A DNA stretch of 64,000 nt, from positions 24,797,648 to 24,861,647 of the forward strand of contig NC_092673.1 in assembly GCF_964355755.1 (NCBI RefSeq), given 5' to 3'. Below, piece by piece: positions 25,733 to 38,377 of the stretch. This stretch comes from Antedon mediterranea. Lineage: Eukaryota; Animalia; Echinodermata. Under the pieces are notes generated by a model. That model was not told where the DNA came from, did no database searches, and worked only from the letters and a program-made list of their open reading frames with translations. Position 1 is the first letter of the stretch. Each line of letters opens with the position of its first letter. Made by a program: the position numbers and the translations under genes.

Positions 25733-28700
25733 ATGATGAATTCTAGCATCAATGTACTTCCTTTTTGGCGCCGTTCACGACGGTAAGAAAGTTTTTTTTT
25801 AACTTCTCTCTTCCCCTTCCCCTCCTGCCTGTTCTTCTGTCCTCCTCCCGGTCTGTCCCTAAAAGTAAAAGTAAAAAAAAAAAAAAAAAAAAAGTAAAGT
25901 ATTATGCCTAGGCTTGGGCCTAATTTATTGTTGAATTAAAATTACTTTTAATATTACACATCTACTCTACAAGTATATATTAATATATATTAGTAAGCTG
26001 CTATAGGCATAGTAGGCCTAGGCTACCTAGGCTAGGCCTAGGCCATATTATTAGTCGCCCAGATGTGTAATAATTTACAGTATTTTCAAATTGATTAGGC
26101 CTAAAAATAGGCCTCAAATACAGTAGGCCTAAAACAATGTCTGAATCCATTCTATTTGTACTGTAGCTTTGATCCGCAACTGCATACTACAACAGGAATG
26201 AATCTGTTAAAGAAGAAGCCAGTAACTGGATCATTCCAAGCAGATGCTGATCCACTTTCAGCATCAACAACAAATACTGTTAATCCAGGTGATTTGGTAT
26301 TTATGCGAACAATGGAAGGCAACAAGGTAGGAAGAGACTCCTCTTCTAGGCCTAATAATTCTTGCAATATTGACATTATTTATTGTCATCAATATAGTAT
26401 CCTGTAGCTTATTTACTTTGTTTCAATAGCATTTCATTGTTTCTTCCAAATATTTCTTATTAAACTATTTTTGTCAGAACATGGGTACATTCCTTTGTCA
26501 TGTTGAATATGCGTTGGATCACGAGAGAAACAATATGGAAGCTATTGAAATGGAAGCAGAGAAGTTGAAAGAAAAGTATGAGCAAGATAAAAAAAAAACC
26601 AATTATTTACATAATGTTTGCTTATTTTTATATACAGTATCAAATTGTAATGTGTTAATTATTATTTTATAGGAAAAAAGCATGTGAAAGGCAAGTAAAA
26701 GAGTTTAGGAAAAGAAACGGAGACCTGAAGAAAGTATTGAATGAGAAGAAAGCATCACTCTATGCTACTAAAACACAGTAAGTTTTTAACTTTATTCACT
26801 ATTAATAATGGATTTAAAAAAAACAAAATTATTTATTTTACCAATTCCAACATTTTTGTCTTAATTTTTTAATTTCAGAATTGTGAAAACGCTAAAAAAC
26901 AAAGATGAGGAAATCAAGAAAGTTTCAAATGAAAGGAATGATTTGCAGAAAGAATTGGAAGCTGTAAATGCCAAGTAAGTTTATTATTTGAATAGTAAAG
27001 CGTGGTTCCCACTAGCGGCGCAACGCAACGCAAGTGAATTGATCAATCACAAGCGATGGCTTATTCGCTTGTGATTGCTAACTGTCTATAACTTCGCTTG
27101 TCATTGGTTAAAACGCTTGCGTTGCGTTTACGTCCTTGCGTTACGTTCTAGTGGGAATCAAGCTTTATGGAGCTACAATAACCATTTAATAACATAACAC
27201 TGTAGGCCTATCATGTTTCAACACATTCAAACATTTCAATTATAATTTCAGAATGATGGAAGAGTTTAAAAACAAAGATGAGGAAATCAAGAAAGTGTCA
27301 AGTGAAAAGAAAGATTTGCAGAAAGATTTGAAAGCTGTAAATGCAAAGTAAATATTATTGAAAAGTTTATTTTTGTATTATTGGAGCTACAGTTTATTAA
27401 GCTAACCCTATTTTGATTTGATATATTGCAACACCAACTGTTTATCGTAATTTCAGAATGATGGAAGAGATTAAAAACAAAAATAATGAAGTAAAGAAAG
27501 TGTCAGGTGAAAAGAAAGATTTGCAAAAAGAGTTGGACGCTGTAAATGCAAAGTAAATATTAGTGCAAAATTTATCTTTGTAACATATTTGAATAGTAAT
27601 GAAGCTACAGTAATCATTTATTAAGCTAATCCTATATCATTTCAACACTTCGAACATTTTTAATTTCAGAATGATGGAAGAGTTGAAAGACAAAGATGAT
27701 GAAGTTAAGAAAGCGTCAAGTGAAAAGAAAGATTTGCAGGAAGAGTTGGAACGTCTAAAAGCTGTAAATGCCAGGTAAAAATTGAGTTTATTTTTGTAAC
27801 AAATTTGAATGGTAATGGAGCTACAATAACCATTTATTAGAAAGCTAACCCGATATCATTTCAACACTTCGAACATTTTTATTTTAATTTCAGAATGATA
27901 GAAGAGTTTAAAAACAAAGATGAGGAAATAAAGAAAGTGTCAAGTGAAAAGAAAGATTTGCAGAAAGATTTGAAAGCTGTAAATGACAAGTAAATATTAT
28001 TGAAATGTTTATTTTTGTATCTAAGTTTAATAATGGAGCTACAGTTTATTAAGCTAACCCTGTATCATTTTCAACACTTCGAACATTTTTATTTTTATTT
28101 CAGAATGATGAGAGAGTTTGAAAACAAAGATGAGGAAATAAAGAAAGTATCAAATAAAAAGAAAGATTTGCAGAAAGAGTTGAAACGTCTAGAAGCTCTA
28201 AATGCCAAGTAAGTATTATTGAAAAGTTTATTTTTGTATCTAGGTTTAATAGTAATAGAGCTACAGTTTATTAAGCTAACCCTATATCATATTCAACACT
28301 TCGAACATTTTAATTTCAGAATGAGGGGAGAGTTTGAAAACAAAGATGAGGAAATTAAGAGAGTGTCAAGTGAAAAGAAAGATTTGCAAAAAGAGTTGAA
28401 AGCTGTAAATGACAAGTAAATATTATTGAAAAGTTTATTGTTGTATCCATGTTTAATAGTAATGGAGCTACAGTTTATTAAGCTAGCCCTATATCATTTT
28501 CAACACTTCGAACATTTTTATTTTTATTTCAGAATGATGAAAGAGTTTGAAAACAAAGATGAGGAAATAAAGAAAGTGTCAAGTGAAAAGAATGATTTGC
28601 AGAAAGATTTGGAATGTCTAGAAGCTGTAAATACTAAGTAAGTATTGACAAGTTTATAACTTTTAATATTAGGATCATCTATTATGCTAACTCTATTTTA

Positions 28701-30614
28701 ATGTGAAATCAACACATCTAGCATTATGTTTAATTGCCAATTCAGCCTGAATGAGAAATATTGCCAACAGAGCAAAGAGAAGAAAGAAATTGAAAAGCTT
28801 GTAGAAGAGTTAAAGAAAAAAAATGAGCAGTTGAAGAAAGTTTTGAAGAAGAGAACAGAATTACTTAATTCTACAAACACTAAGTAAGTAAGCTAAAGCT
28901 AACCCCATTTTCAATGTTGTGATAATTCACCACATCCAGCATTAAAAAGGATTTGTTAGCTAAATCAATTGTTACACTTGAATCAAAGGGTATTTATTGA
29001 TCATATCATTATTATCACAACTAATTTTCGCTCATTTTCCCTATTATCATCATCATGATTATCGTCAACACCAACAATGTCATCATCATTTTCTCATCAC
29101 AGTCTGATTATCAACATCAACAACATTCAATAACAATCATCATGATGATAATGTAAAACAATGTTCTTGACACATTTTTCTCAAAAGGCTTAGAAATTAC
29201 ATATTAGTACTTAGTACAAATATAAATAAATATGTTATTTTGATATAATTTATTAAAATGCAATTCCAACAGATATGAAAGTAAATATAAGGAAGCAAAG
29301 GAACAACTGAATGAAGCTAAACAAATGTTGAAAAGTAGCCAACGCAAAGAAAGTTCAAGAAAACAAGGGTAAGTGTAGGTCCATACAATAATAATCAATA
29401 GTTAAATTAGTACACTTATGAATTTAAAATATTTATGATGATAAACTTGATTTTGAAGAAAAATATTAATAAAATAATTTCAAGCTAATTCAAAATAAAT
29501 AATTTAGTTGTTATTTATTTTTTTTAGATGTCTTGATTGCGATCAAAAAGAAAGAGAACTAGACAATCTCAAGAAACTTTTAAATAATGAAGAGAATAAG
29601 GTTATGGAATTGTATGATCATGTTCAAAGGTTAAGATTATCTTATATTTCCACAAATAAGCCCATTAGATTCTGATGTTGACTTCTTTTTAAGACTGAGA
29701 ATGCTATTGCATGGCTCAAGTGTTAAAGAGTCTCCTTAATAATAGATAATTTTACATTGTAATAATTTAAATAAGCAGGCAATATAGTATCTGATATTTC
29801 TGTAAACAAAATGGTAAATTATTTAACTTCTTTACTTTTTAAACAAAATAGAATTCAACTACCCGCCCAAGCAGATTCAAACCAAGGAAAAGACAAAACA
29901 GAGGTATTGCTGAGTCTCCTGCCAACCGTGAACCTGATCAACCAGAAAGATTTAAAACCAGTCGACGAAAAGAAAACACCAGTTGTCATCGGTCAAGGCG
30001 CTTTTGGAGAAGTGTCTCTAATGAGATACAGTCCGACCAACTCATTGGTTGCTGTCAAAACCATCATAAATGGCAGTGCAGATAACATCAACCTAGAGGC
30101 TCGCACAATGCAACTATGTTCGGCTCACCCATCATTTCCGTTCATGTTTGGCGCAGTAAGAGATGATGATAACACCATTCATCAACTTGTCTCTTCATTT
30201 ATTGGAGATCAAGACAGTTCATCTCTTACTCTTAGAACAGCAATGCAGAGTAAATTCGCCAACATGAACAGGTGGTCAATATTGAACATCTTATTGACGG
30301 TCTCAGATGGTGTGAAGTTTCTCCACCAACACGACATAGTCCATAACGATATAAAGGCAGAAAACATTCTCCTTTCACACGAAAGTGATGAATGGATGGG
30401 CAAGATTATTGACATGGGTGGAATAACATCACCACTCGTGGAACCACCTGCTGCTGAAGTAACATCCAGCGACATCTTTGCCCTCTGCTTTGTTATGTGT
30501 GAAGTAGCCCAGGCATGCCATTGGCAACAACTTAATGAGTTGGCCGTGAGATGCAAGAAAACTCGACCACCGATTGACGACCTCATCTCTCTTCTTTCCA
30601 AACTTAATATCTGA
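25733..30614 (+). CDS. 16-exon gene: long coiled coil + CxxC + atypical protein kinase domain (~768 aa). Exons 25733-25782, 26167-26326, 26478-26575, 26673-26777, 26879-26974, 27252-27347, 27457-27552, 27670-27774, 27894-27989, 28104-28208, 28320-28415, 28533-28637, 28746-28883, 29273-29368, 29528-29629, 29852-30614
   Basis: All introns GT-AG with compatible phases; joined length 2307 nt with no internal stop. Last exon has GQGAFG, VAVK, alphaC Glu (LEART), HNDIKAENILL and DMG. First two exons are less certain. Confidence 0.82.
26879..28637 (+). repeat. Eight tandem exon+intron units (~210-225 bp) encoding MMEEFKNKDEEIKKVSSEKKDLQKEL..AVNAK
   Basis: TTTCAG|AAT...AA|GTAA repeated; the introns are also homologous (GAGCTACA, AAGCTAACCC, CAACACTTCGAACATTT). 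Confidence 0.93.
26999..27164. mobile_element. Intronic MITE, Harbinger-like (166 bp)
   Basis: TIR AGCGTGGTTCCCACTAG / CTAGTGGGAATCAAGCT; flanks TAA and TTA; absent from sibling introns. Confidence 0.88.
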
Positions 30615-32613
30615 AAAAACATTCATTATGTTCAAATTCAATAATCAATATTATATTTTATACTGAATCTCTGTTTTAATCATGTGCAATATTTGGATTA
30701 TAATAATTATTTATAAATTTGTATACAAAAAAAATGTATTAAAACAATACGGTATATATATTTTTATGGCAAATAAATATTTTGGTGAAACTTTACTAAC
30801 AAACTGATATCTAAAAAGTGTTTGTTGTTCGTTTAGACAATATTATACATTAAATCGTGTAGAAAGGGTTACTTTCCGTTACACGGAACCTCGTGAAATA
30901 TTGTGCAACCTCTGATACACAGCCATGGCAATGTTTGACTGGTAAGCGCGCAAGCGCACTCCCTTTTTTTTCATGTGTTCTTCAATAGAGTGTGTGACCT
31001 TTACATCGAGTAGACCTAGCTATCAGAGTTATCTACATAGTATAAGGTAGCTCTGATCATACGTCGATTTAACTCTGATACGATTCGAATGAATTCGCTT
31101 AAATGCAAGGTGGCTTAGAGGCTCAACATCAACGCAGTTATTCCGTATGACAGAAAAGCCACCGGAGCAGCCCAATCAAAAATAAATTTAAAAAAAAAAC
31201 AGAAAAAATCATCTATTGCGCCTGAATCTTTCAACTTTTAAACATTTTTCACATAACATTTTTTTTTATAACAAAATAGATTTAATTGTTTAAGAAGTAG
31301 GTTCGTTGTATAAAAATTGTTTATTATGATAAATACAATTTGACGCAAACGATGTTGTCTGATGCCTAAGCCCCAGTGTGCCTTGATTCTGGTTAGAAAG
31401 TCATTCGATATCGTATTCAATTAACTGCTTGATCTTTAAATCTTCATTAGATCTCTTCAAACCCAGTCTTGATTCAAATTCAATTCTCTTCTAAACATTT
31501 TACATAATTCTTTTTGGGTTCATCTTGCTTAAAGCAATACAAGTCGACAAACATTCATATTATTCAGTACGATAGATTAATGGTTAAATGGAATATAATA
31601 TAACAATACAAGGATTTTTAATGGAATATGATATTGATTACAGCCAATTGTTTGTGTTGTGAGATTACATTGACTTACAGTAAAATTAATTATGAATACA
31701 CTCAGTTATGCAAATGTCATTTCTTTTATTGTTGAATTATTATTTTATAATTCTATTAACATAAACCCATTACTTGGGTATTGATGTACGGTACATTGTA
31801 TAGGGTCTAAACATGTAAGTCGATTTTCCACCTTATACTGCAATAAGCACATGAATTTAAATCGCCGGTCGACTTCGTATTCGTAGATTGTGTAAAACTA
31901 TATCCACTAGTACCTATAGGCATTTATAAATGTACACACAATTTATATTAATTATAATAGGCCTAGAGTTAATAGTTTCTACGAAGGTGGGTTTACAAAT
32001 GAAAATGATATGTTATTATTATAGGCCTAGTATTCCTTGAAATGAAAATGTCTGTCTGAATATTTTTTTTTTTCTGCGGTGAGAATAATCTAATCGTAAG
32101 TGCTCCCACTTGGATTGATATAGCTATTGCATTTCCAAATGGTTTAATAAAAATCATTTCTGACGTTGGTCAATCAATAACGCTGCACTAAAACTGCAAA
32201 AGAACGCATGAATTTGTTTTAATGTACCGGTATTAAGCTGTTATGGTCAGCGATTAATAGAATGTAGGCCTGCTTTGTATGTATACTGCCCTTAAGGGAA
32301 TAAACGAACATTTTAATGTGAGTTAGAGTCTTATGGTTAAGGAAAGTGTCGTATATCATTATATAATCTTGATCTATAGATGACCTTCTCTTGAATCTGT
32401 TTTTTTGTTCAAGTTTAAAAAATAAACAACTTCAAAATTGTCCGCAAATCAAAGTACTTAATTGCCCAGTTTCAGAGAAGTATTTCGGGTGCTATGCTAT
32501 GAATTGTAAATGGGAGGCGCGGGGTGGAGGTTTGTTTGGATATAACGAGGGCAAAGCAAGGGTCAATAACTTTCATAACTTTAACATCTTTAATATTGTA
32601 GTGAGTGATTAAA

Positions 32614-32614
<1 letters not shown>

Positions 32615-32656
<42 letters not shown>
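32615..32656. repeat. (AAT)n microsatellite
   Basis: Direct reading. Confidence 0.9.
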
Positions 32657-32657
<1 letters not shown>

Positions 32658-32959
32658 CAGTTTAACCAGACTATGTCTATGGGGACCGATGTTCATTAGA
32701 CTTATTGTCTTTTTTATGTTAGTCCAAAATATTAAGTCAAAACTCAGTCTGGAACCCACACTAGATGTTTTATGCATTATATACATTAATACAGGTACAT
32801 ATTCTCAGAAAAGTTCTGGTTTTGAAAGTAAATTCTTCTTTCGGTTAAAAATCAAGGAACCACACCTCTTATTCAGTGAGTGATAGATGCTATCAACAAT
32901 CTCTGTGCGGTGCCCTCTGTAATGCTCATATTAATGCGAGTGTTAAGGGAAATATAAAT

Positions 32960-33117
32960 ATAGAATCTATGTTATTCCTTATGACCTGACTATTCACACA
33001 ACGCGGATCGGGCTGGCGGTTTTCGCTCATGATAAATACAGATTCTACGTCCGACAAGCTACGCGATATTCCGCTTACCGTTGTTACGGTATACTGCTCG
33101 TCTGTGTAAATTGGTCT
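32960..33117. mobile_element. Partial Harbinger-like MITE (family of 60092-60273)
   Basis: Shares CAGATTCTACGT..ACAAGCTACGCG..TTCCGCTTA with 60202; ends CTCGTCTGTGTAAATTGGTCT then TAA. Confidence 0.7.
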
Positions 33118-34636
33118 TAAGAAAGAGTACTTCACCTCTTCTCCAGATTCATGTATCGAAGTTTAGTTTCACGAAATAAACATTCATGCAATACACATGA
33201 AATAGTATAAAGGGCTTACAAGAATTACCAAAAGGAACAAAGGCATTCATTTATTTCGCAAGCATATTGCATGCATAGGGTGATTCAACCAGCGTGAGTT
33301 GACTTTATAGGGCCCCTTAAAAACAATGTAAAGCTACATATGCAATTAAAACGTCATAAAAGTTATTAAAATACTGCTGTTTGTAAGTTCATGAATAAGT
33401 TAGAAAAACCAACGACAGCGTGACACGGAGTAGCATCATGTGATGTACTAAAAAGATGATAAAATTAATTTGAAAAGCCATAAAAATCGTTAGCATACTG
33501 AGAAAGATGCTTTAAAGAAATAAAACGACAAGTTTTATTTAGAAAGTAAATTTAAATCAGTCGACTAGTGATTTCGCTGTCGTGGGTCAACCAACATTGT
33601 GTTTAACAACAACATCAATCAACTCAAGAAACAATACAAGTCTATTCTGATTTATTATGTTATGCCGATACTAATAGAAATGACATGTCCACTGTCGTGT
33701 TCAGTTTACCAGATATATAGGACATACTGTACTTAAACTAACAAAGTTGTCAAACGCTAATGTGTTTTAACTTAAAAATTGCGTCAACTTTACCGACAAG
33801 ACCACTATATCGTAAACTACAATTAATTCAACAATTAGTCTGGTCATAACAAACTACTTGAAAATACAATACAATTAAGCTGAGTTATCTGAATTATTTA
33901 GTCCTCCACCAACGACACAGCATTCTTCGGCGTACAACGCTAGGTCATAAATACCAAATCCCACGTACAAATTTAAATTAAATTGTCATTTAATAATATA
34001 TACAAATGCAAGTTAAAACAACTTCAAGAGAATGAATTATAAAAGAAAGTCATTATTTCCGTCACTTGTACTATATTTATTGATATTCATTTTGGGACGG
34101 TTGTAGACGTAGGCCTACTAAGGATAAACAGTTTATTCGACGAAATACAGTCCCGATTGGACGGACGCGTGCGGATATGCACACATTAAAGAGTTTTGAA
34201 TAGTGAACATCTTGTCTTGGTGTACTACGAACTATCTGCTACGATCTTCAAATCTCTTTTGGGAGAAAAACCTATTTTAGTTATCTTCCGTTTTGTATTG
34301 TTTGTTGTATATATTGAAATTTTATTCTGAAATAAAGTGATCAATCAATATGTTGTATGTACATGTAGATGCATTTAAATAATATTTACCAAACTGACGA
34401 GCACTCGCTTCTTTTTGGTGTACTGTTATGTGTTGGGTGTTGCTGTTGTTGTTTAATTGTAATTGTGAATAAATTGTGAATAAATTGTGAATATATAGAT
34501 TATATATAAATGTTCGTCTATCGTCCAGAAAAGTGAGACAAATCACAAATGTATATATCGGATGCCTATGTCTCCTTCCTCCTTGAATTTGTTCTTGTTT
34601 TGTTCTATTTGTTACACCGATATACCATTATTCTTA

Positions 34637-34786
34637 AGCTCTGTGTATGTACACTATAAATGATTTGCCCAAAAACGGTAGTGAAATTCCCAAATATGGT
34701 AGTGATATTCCCAAATATGGTAGTGATATGACATCATCATGTATACACATTACATTTTGTTGTCACATATAGTGTAGACATAACTT
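34637..34786. mobile_element. Short MITE with internal 21-bp CCCAAATATGGTAGTGATAT repeats
   Basis: TACACTAT / ATAGTGTAGA ends; relatives at 55938 and 56354. Confidence 0.65.
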
Positions 34787-35683
34787 TATATCTGTATTTC
34801 CTGGTTATCTTCGGGTCTTGAAAGATTTTCCCAATGTGTTTTTTTTTATACCAAGTCAGGGAAAGACTTGTTTGAATGGGTTGCCAATTTTCTTTTATGT
34901 TTGTTATTGTATTTTGTTTGAAACTTATATGTAGTATTGAATCGTGGTACATTTATGTTGTATAATAACCTAATGCCCACGGAGAAAGGATATAAATTTG
35001 ATTCAGTTTCTATTTTGACAAGTTCAATAAAAATTGTATTTTCTTACCGTTTTAAATGTCCACAATGATTTATTATAACGCATCAAATTACCTGTCAACA
35101 TAGAAATACACAATGCTATACTGGATGGAGTAATGATAACCAATTGCTCAAATAATGTAATATTATCATAATTGTTGTATGGGTGCGGTGTGTCTATTGC
35201 TATATTTTGTAGTAAACATAATAACGGCTGCCGAGTTTGGTTTGCATTGTGCATATAGGCTTCATTTTTGTAGTAATTTTACCAATTTTAACCCATGCCC
35301 CTGAGTATATTGAAATAAGTGTGAACAATTAAAATTTAATTTTTAAAAATTACATTTAAAAGATGTATTATCTCCCTGAAAAAAATAATTCTTAAATTTT
35401 TTGTTGTTGAATATGCCTAATACTTATCCACTTTGACCAAAAATTGGATCGAAAAGAAAATGTATTTACCTAAAAACTGTAATTTTAAGCAAAAAATTGT
35501 TAAACAGCCAATGGGTTTTTGGTTGACTTTAACCATTTATTTTGTCATTTTATAAGTGAAAACAAAATAATTTATTCAAAAACTTATTTTATTATTCTTG
35601 ATTTTTCATGTTTTTGGGGAGAAATTTTGTTACAAATGAAAATATAGGCCTACGTAGCGGTATTAATATACGAATATAAAACA

Positions 35684-35768
35684 GTAACAAACGTGCATCT
35701 CCCACCTTAGGCTGTTGGTTCTACTGTAACAAACGTGCATCTCCCACCTTAGGCTGTTGGTTCTACTG
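35684..35768. repeat. Perfect 42-bp tandem duplication
   Basis: GTAACAAACGTGCATCTCCCACCTTAGGCTGTTGGTTCTACT x2. Confidence 0.95.
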
Positions 35769-37176
35769 CATGTTTAGTTGTTGATATTAATCTCTGTATA
35801 ATCAATTGGTTTAATATTTAAACACAAAAAATAGCAAAGATCATTCATGTTTTAGTAATTGACCGTACTTTATTTAGCAAATCAAAATTTCAAATTTATT
35901 TTACAAACTTTACTGAAAGAAACAAAATTGCTACTAAAAATAATTAATAGTATAGCAAGAATACAATAGTGTACCTGTAAAAGTATAATAAAAGCTTTAC
36001 AAACGACTAATTGACAAAGCATCTTCAGGGCCTGGTATATAAATATTTACATTATATATAATTCAATTGATAATTATTACACTATTGTATGACAAACCAG
36101 TAAATTGTGTTTAGCATACACATGAAGGAATTAATTATACACTTCTTTCTTAGTTAGAATATTACTTACTTTAACTGTAATTAGTTACTTCGACGATAAT
36201 TACACATGTCTTTTCCAGACCACGCACTAAGCATTTCACAATACGTAGATATATATACAAATAATCTTTAATTTATTTTATATTTAAATATTTATAGAAG
36301 GATTATCAAAAAGGAATTTACATAATTAACCTGACAGTAGACTTTACCCGCGTATAACAAGGTATTATAACGGCAAGATTAAATATACCGTTGAGCTATG
36401 TACAAGTTTAGTTACGTTTGCAGCAGAACTGATTGCGGCGTTAGTCAGTGACATTTTAGACTCGATATTCAGTCTAATTTAGAATTAAAAGTTCTACACC
36501 GGACCGGTAGAGAATTAGGTCTAAGCAGATACATTCACACTTTACATAATATTTACATGAGTACTTTGCTGAAAAGCACATACATTTAGGCCTATACATT
36601 TTCAGTTTATTTTCCATATGGTCAACAATCAACAAACAACAATCAACAAACAACAAACAATGTACACTTTATCAAACCATGGCAATTGATGGACTCCGAA
36701 AAAAAAAGTGTTTCCATGGAGAAATATAACTTACATTTCTCCATAGAAAAACTTTTTCAAAATACGTGCCGTTAAGTTAATGAAATGGTTAGATGGTTAT
36801 TACATTAAAATTAATAAATGTAGCAATATTTTATTGCAGCAATATACAATTGACAGAGTTCACAGAAGACTACATTAATAAAATACAGTACATTAATGTT
36901 GTATGATATTTATATAGGCACGAACGTCTTCAATAATAATTGCATTACCAGTCTGAAAGTCTATTATGCAATGGCGAATTGTGATGCATATTATAAATAG
37001 TTTAGAATTATGTATTAATGATGAACATTAAGTACTAGTATAATTGAAATCTAGAATACATGTACACATTAAATATCAAAAATAAAACTTTAAATATTTA
37101 TCATATATTGTACCTATGTTTACAGAGAACATCTGGTATGTGATACCCTATTCAGGGGACATCCATCATCAGGGGA

Positions 37177-37276
37177 TATCCCTAGCCTGAAGGTACTTTC
37201 TCTTTAATGATTATGCTCATGGAGATCGTATCCCTAGCCTGAAGGTACTGTCTCTTTAATGATTATGCTCATGGAG
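37177..37276. repeat. 52-bp tandem duplication
   Basis: TATCCCTAGCCTGAAGGTACT..CTCTTTAATGATTATGCTCATGGAG x2. Confidence 0.9.
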
Positions 37277-38377
37277 TTACGTGGAGTTATTGTCAATGTT
37301 CTACAAATGTTTATATTTTATAATAAACGATAGGTTCTACTGTCATTATAAAAACGTTTAAACGTTAAACACTGTAAACGAATACGGTGTGTAAACCGTG
37401 AAACGCGTGTAAAAAGCGAGGCAATGTTGTAAAGCTAAATTACTATGTTCAACCATTTCAACATATTTATGACTGTTTGTATCAATCCACAGATGTCATA
37501 CAAACAGTGTCATCCAGTTCCTTTAATTAACAATGTGGCTGTGAAGTTGCTTAGTTAGTACAGAGAAACTATAAAATGTAGAGTTTGCACAGAATGATAA
37601 AGAATCAGAATTTATTGTATTTATGTATAACATAGCTGAAGCGACAATTGCTAGACACGCACATGCACCATTATCAATTGTGATTTACGAAACTAACAGG
37701 GATATGTCGTTATATTTTATTTCTTTTTTATAAATAACAATAAATTAAACAATAAAGCACACGTTGATTTTATTAGGCAAAGTTATTGGATTAGAATACA
37801 TTCCTCCATAACAGGTTGTCGACACACGCGACTCGGACAGAAAACATGTGAATACGAATTCGACATTTCAATTCTATTAAAACTGCGTGAACGAGCAAAA
37901 CACAATTTACATTTATATTGGGCCCAGAATGTGACCGACGGAATGTTTTGGTCATAGCGGCTGACGTCACTAAAGGTAACATCACCTTACCTAAATGATC
38001 ACTTTAAATCGTAATGATGAGTATTGTGACATAGGCGTGTGTATTAATGTTGACACGTGAGCGATCGAAAGTCAGAGTTAATTAAGCATGTCATTCTCAC
38101 ATGGCTTAATATTGAAAAACAACATCTTGTCTATGTATGCGAGATGTCCGTGTACGCAAGTAACAGCAATAACTTGATGGTTGTACTTTTGACACTTTGT
38201 GAAGATGGTCATCGAGTTGACCGTGTCGCCCTATAGAGTTAAAATAACTTTCGTTTCCATTTCCATTATAAATATGTGGGCGAATATTTTACTCTGTCTT
38301 GATCAATAATCTCTGTAAAGTATCTCATAGCATATATATTTTTTCATCGGCAAATAATACACTGCTGTATGGCTTAC

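Noticed and set aside
28000-28641. Three small tandem genes with signal-peptide-like N-termini
   Set aside because: The N-terminal halves are intron read-through; GT-AG sites define internal exons of the kinase gene.
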